This document shows positions 58,981-64,000 of a DNA stretch of 64,000 nucleotides, piece by piece. Origin of the DNA: the human T2T-CHM13v2.0 reference genome, Homo sapiens; NCBI RefSeq assembly GCF_009914755.1, contig NC_060934.1; one strand, written 5' to 3'. Position 1 is the first letter of the stretch, and each line of letters begins with the position of its first letter. Position numbers and translations under genes: made by a program. The notes below the pieces were generated by a model, which was given only the letters and a program-made list of their open reading frames with translations, was not told where the DNA came from and ran no database searches.

Positions 58981-60039
58981 GAAGAAGTAGAATTTTTCTC
59001 AACAACTAGAATGAAAAGAAAAAAATTCACCCAAATACATATCAAATGGTAACAGCATACAATAATGAATAATAGAGGCTATTACTAATGAAAAACATTA
59101 CATCAGGTAATATTTTCATATTATACTGTTATTTTTATATCTGTATTGTATCTTACATACAACATAATTCAACAAATATTTTCTGTTTTATCATTCAGAA
59201 AATAAATACATAGATATAATGCATACATTTAAATGAGTTCCTTTTGGAAACAAAATTATTTACTGAGAAATACTAGGAAAATTCAAATCAAAATATGCAC
59301 TTTAGTGCTTTAGTTCTTAAATTAGACAAAATATTTTTAATTTCAAGCATGTCAAACTATGTTTTGTAGCGTATTAACAAATAGGAGTTTGTCATAAGAG
59401 CTAATTTCAGGGCTTTACAATGTTCTGACTTGCATTGGAAACTTTTCTGAAGGCAAGTTTTTTGTTTTTGTTTTTGTTTTTGTTTTTCTAGAGAACACTT
59501 TGATATGAACTAATGAGAAGACACAGGAAATGTTTGAATACTTATACAAAAATCTATACTGCAGTAGAAGGTTTATACAAGAGTTAGGGCTTAAAATTAA
59601 TCTGGAAATACATCTTGACAATTAATTTTAGTAATATTAATTAGTGGTGTAAGCAATTAAGAGCTATTAAAGATAAGTGAAAGTAACTATGATCTTAGAT
59701 ATTTATTATTGACATTTAACTGAAATTAGAGTTCATAGTAATTTGGAAAATAAAGATATTGGGAGAATACCATAAGGTATGATAACCTGGATTCTTTAAG
59801 AAAATAATAAGACTAATATAAAATAATTTTAAGGGAATTAGTAGACAAGGACATGGTGATTTTGTGACAACAGCCAAAGAATAAAAATACACAGATGACT
59901 CAAAAATCTTGAGCTGGACAGATTCACAATGATAGACAATATATGGAAGGTAGGAGTCCATGTCTTAGGTAAAGTCTGTCATCTAAGTTAGACCTGAGGA
60001 GTCTGCAATGGCAGGAGAATTTAAATTCAGTTTATTTTT

Positions 60040-61030
60040 ACATTTCATTCATTCAACAAACATGTATCAGGCAATGTTGTAAGAGATGCTAGTTATAGTC
60101 ATCAGCAAGACTAGCACAATCTATTCCTTCAAAAGTTTTATATCCTACCTAAAATGACAGTTATAAAATTAACAATTATGCAATTAGTTATTGAATCCCA
60201 TATGATAAACATGTCTTAAGAGAATTCTGTCCTGTAGGAAGACTTCCTTGAGGAAGTGACATTTTAGCTGAACCTCCAGGTGGCTTTTAACTAAGTAAAG
60301 AGATTGAAAAATAAGTACAAAAACAAGAAGAAAAGAGGCATTAAATTAGGATTAGAATGTAAATGATGTCAGATTATTCAGACACCTTAGACTATGCTTA
60401 GATTTTGGTCATTAACATGAAAATGTTGTAAAAATAGCATGAAAGACTTTAAACACATGAATGATACAAGAATGATGACACTGACATCAGATTGATTCTA
60501 GTGCAAAGACAGATTAGAGGTAGAAAATGAGTGTGGGGATACCATTTAATAATCTAATGTGTCCCTCCAGGAGAAAGATGAAGGTGTCTTGGCCTAGATA
60601 ACTAAGTAGATGGTGGTACATTCTTTGATTGGATGGACACTGGAGAAGACATAGTTTAGAAGGAAATCTGCTTGTTGTAAGTATGTAATGTGTTGAGTAT
60701 TAGATTTCTGGGAAGTACCAAGGAAGCTATTGAATAGATAGCTATAGCTCAGAATGTAATAACATAATGCAAGACATAACACAAGGCTTCTCACGTGTCT
60801 AAAGTTGGATAATACTATTTGTGTGTGTGGGAACTCTGTCATCTACCTAGAAGAGACAAATGAAGCTATGTGAGTAGAGAGCTACATAAGAAAGTGTATT
60901 TGATTGGAATACCAAAGGGTTCACAACTGAACCATTTCAAGGCTCAAAAAGAAAAGTCAGATGACGAAGGTGATAAGGTAACTAGAAGAGGTATCGAGGA
61001 GGAACAAACAGGGTAATATTTTGAAAACTC
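60040..61030 (-). mobile_element. L2 LINE 3' ~1 kb
   Basis: ttcattcattcaacaaacatgtat terminus; aggaagacttccttgaggaagtgacattttagctga; gctattgaatagatagctatagctcaga. Confidence 0.75.
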
Positions 61031-61529
61031 GACACTTTATTCAAGGCTATAATTTTTATTCCCGGGAGAGTGTATAATTTATAGAAGTGTATATGGCAAG
61101 TTTCTGAATCCTTCAGCATGTGCATATACAGAATATAATATCTCACATACACTTTGATATTGTTTTAGAGCTATTTCTTAGTGGTGTCTAGTTCTCAATT
61201 TCATAATACATTTTTTAACCCCAAATCAAATAGATTTATTTTATTTTGCATAGTAACAAGCAAAATTTTGCAAACTATAATAATGGCTACAATTTTCTGA
61301 AAGCTGATTGAATATTCAGTGACTTTAAAGATTAACACATGAAATAGTAACATAGCTCATAAAAAACGTGGAATATTTGTTAAATTAAGATTATATATAG
61401 GTATATACATATAATTACTTTTTAAAATAGAATTTAAAAAATCAACCACAGCATCTATAAATTTTAAAATGTAACAATAATTTTATCTTGAAATTGCATA
61501 AGATCAAAGCCACATAATTTTTATAAAAA

Positions 61530-61627
61530 AAATCTCACTCAACAGGTTATAGTGGAGATTAAATGAAAAAAGCGCATGCAAAGCATTTGCCATGTATCAG
61601 GCAAATAAACATTCAACAAGTATTAAT
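61530..61627 (+). mobile_element. MIR 3' fragment
   Basis: caggttatagtggagattaaatga...catgcaaagcatttgccatgtatcaggca. Confidence 0.6.
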
Positions 61628-61721
61628 TTCTATCACAATCATAAAATATGTGGCTACTTTTAGATAATATAATGCACAGTAATTCTTGGGAGGTAAGTGG
61701 CTGTCATCTACATCTGCATGA

Positions 61722-61795
61722 ACATGCACATACACACACATATGCACACACACATACACATACACAAACACACACACGCACACATACACACACAT
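61722..61795. repeat. Imperfect (CA)n tract
   Basis: Read directly. Confidence 0.9.
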
Positions 61796-61919
61796 AAACT
61801 AGCTGAGTGCAGATATGTTTGGAAACCACTGGATTCTATATCCTTTCTTAAAGTATTATAATCTAAGCTATAAAATCAATGTTACAAAAATAAAAATAAA
61901 GAAACCCAAGTAACTTGAG

Positions 61920-62015
61920 TTTTCTTTTCTTTTCTTTTTAATTTTTTAATTTTTTTAAAATTTGAGATGGAGTTTCACTCTTGTCGCCCAAGCTGGAGTG
62001 CAATGGCGTGATCTC
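61920..62015 (-). mobile_element. Severely 5'-truncated AluS (Sq/Sp-like) 3' end with tail
   Basis: T-rich tail then tgagatggagtttcactcttgtcgcccaagctggagtgcaatggcgtgatctc. Confidence 0.88.
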
Positions 62016-64000
62016 CCATTTGAATATAAACACTTTCATATAGCATAATTGGGAAAAACTGGTCCAGAAAGTGACCAATTTGGGTCTTTATGAATTTGAA
62101 TGATTCGTATAATTTGACATCTTAATAACTCAGGGTCCACAAATATCTAAATACTAAAGCTTAGTCACAGAAAAGATAATGGTTCGTTGTGTGGAATCCT
62201 TCAGATTTAGACATGAGCAATAGCTGAGGTGTTTTTCTTAACCATGATCAATTTAAGAGATCCAAATTAAAATTATTCTGGCTAATTAAAAAAACATGTA
62301 ATCATTGTGCCACTTTTCAGAGATAAAAATAACCTAAGGTATATCTACATGTATAAACTGAGGTATAATATCAGAACTTGTAACTTGAGTGATTTTGATA
62401 ATCAAACTGGACAAATGTTACCCTACTTATTTTAGAAAAAACATCCCGGACACTTATTTAGGATTTTATTTTTTGAAAATTTTTTAAAATTAGATTTTAT
62501 TATGACTTGGTGGGGTAGACCACAATTAAAGTGGGATACATTTTACATGTTTTGGCTCTACCATAAATTTTAGCATGACTTAAGAAAATAACAGAAATGC
62601 ATACATGCCTGCATTCTGTAAGGACTGTGCTATCCTTTGGTTCAATGAAATTAGCATGGGAAGAGAGCAGTTCCATTTTTTTACCCTTTCATATATTCTA
62701 TTAGAAATCATTTTTTCCAAACTAAGAAACTAACACAAGAATCCTATGTGGCTATCAATTGAAATCAGTACAGATTTCACTTCGGTTAGTTTAAAAAGCA
62801 TTGCTACATTTTTAGATAAGCAGTGAAACTGAAATAAAAAGTTTCTCAGAGAAGATATTTCTAAATGAAGTTAGATCACGTCAGTGTGTTTAACTCACAG
62901 TTTTATGTGGGCTTCAATTAGACATAGAATGTATAAACCTGCAGATGAGATTAACCATACACATAACTTTGAGTTACTTTTCTATGTAACTTCTTTGAAC
63001 ATAACTTCAGATTTTAAAAGTTGACATAGAATTTCCAAAGTTGTGAGCTTTCTAAACTGGTTGGGGAAAATTGTATTGAACTTTTATTCAAAAGTTATTT
63101 ATATTGAATATTTTACTTTATTTCAAAAGAATATTAGGTACTGCACTATACTGTATACAGGGTAGTATAATAAAATTAATAACTATAATAAAGAAATCAG
63201 GTAAAGTGAGAAGTTGTATTGTATTGTATTATGTGATCAGGATAAAAGCTAGGAAGCAAAACTGCTGTCAAATTTTCCTACATAAAGGTAGCTGAATATT
63301 ACAAGTTCAAATGTCAGGTCCAAATAACCAAAGCAAAGCAAAGCAAAACAAAACAAAACAAAAAAAAATATTTTTATTTCATAACACAAAAGCTGAAAAT
63401 ACATAAAATACACTTAATATACTATTGTGTTAGTAACCTTGATGCAAATACATGACAGACAGTCAGAGAAAGCAATTACTTAAGAAATTGGAGTAAGGCA
63501 AAGAGAGATAAGTCCAACCAATCTGTCGAGGTATGCACACATCCAAACGTCTGGGCTGATTCGGAAATAAAATCAAGGATCAAGAACAATGATCTGAAAT
63601 GCCCTCAGAAGATTTTAGGATATAGTAAATAGTAAATGTATAAAATTCCCTGCTGCAATACAGTGTTGAAAGGTGAAGACTGTAACAAATATTACAGCAC
63701 ATAGTTCGCTGTTAAAAACAATAAACACTGGGTGTCCAAAACCAAAACCTAAAAACGAAATCGAAACCAAGCAGATGTGGAAGGAAAATGATGCTCTCAG
63801 ACTTACAGCATTCTCCTGTATCCAGATATTCAGAGGAATATCTGGGGTATAACTCAAAAAAGAATTCAAGGTTATAGTTACTAATCAAATTCCTTAGTCT
63901 ACATATATTCTGTTTTTCAATTAGGGGAGAATCCTCCACTTAGCAATGTACATGTGATTTATACGGCTGTCCCATTAAATTAATTGTACCAATTGAGAAC

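Overview
Primate genomic DNA. The AluY copies point to a catarrhine, and the sequence is human-like. It is very AT-rich and CpG-depleted, has no CpG island, and contains no protein-coding gene I can recognise, so it reads as deep intronic or intergenic sequence. Much of it is decayed interspersed repeats: Alu J/S/Y and FLAM, L1PA/L1MA/L1MB/L1MC/L1MD/L1ME, HAL1, L2, MIR, MaLR/ERVL/ERV1 LTRs, and MER5, Tigger4 and MER85 DNA elements, plus microsatellites. Every ORF in the track is an L1 remnant, an Alu/LTR read-through, low complexity or a chance ORF. I find no evidence of a new gene system. The notable signals are structural. (1) Two separate ~160-190 bp segments of unique DNA were each copied in direct orientation to a site ~1.0-1.1 kb away; one copy splits an AluJ and the other sits inside a CA tract. 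(2) A 5'-inverted (twin-primed) L1PA is nested in an older L1, creating a ~2 kb-arm imperfect fold-back. (3) A piggyBac MER85 largely retains the palindrome bound by CSB-PGBD3. (4) An old L1 carries an internal inversion. (5) An AluY is followed by 79 bp of unique DNA and a second poly(A). (6) There is a 5S rRNA 5' fragment. (7) A few exon-like splice signals are unconfirmed. Repeat subfamily names come from recalled consensus sequences, and boundaries of old repeats are approximate.
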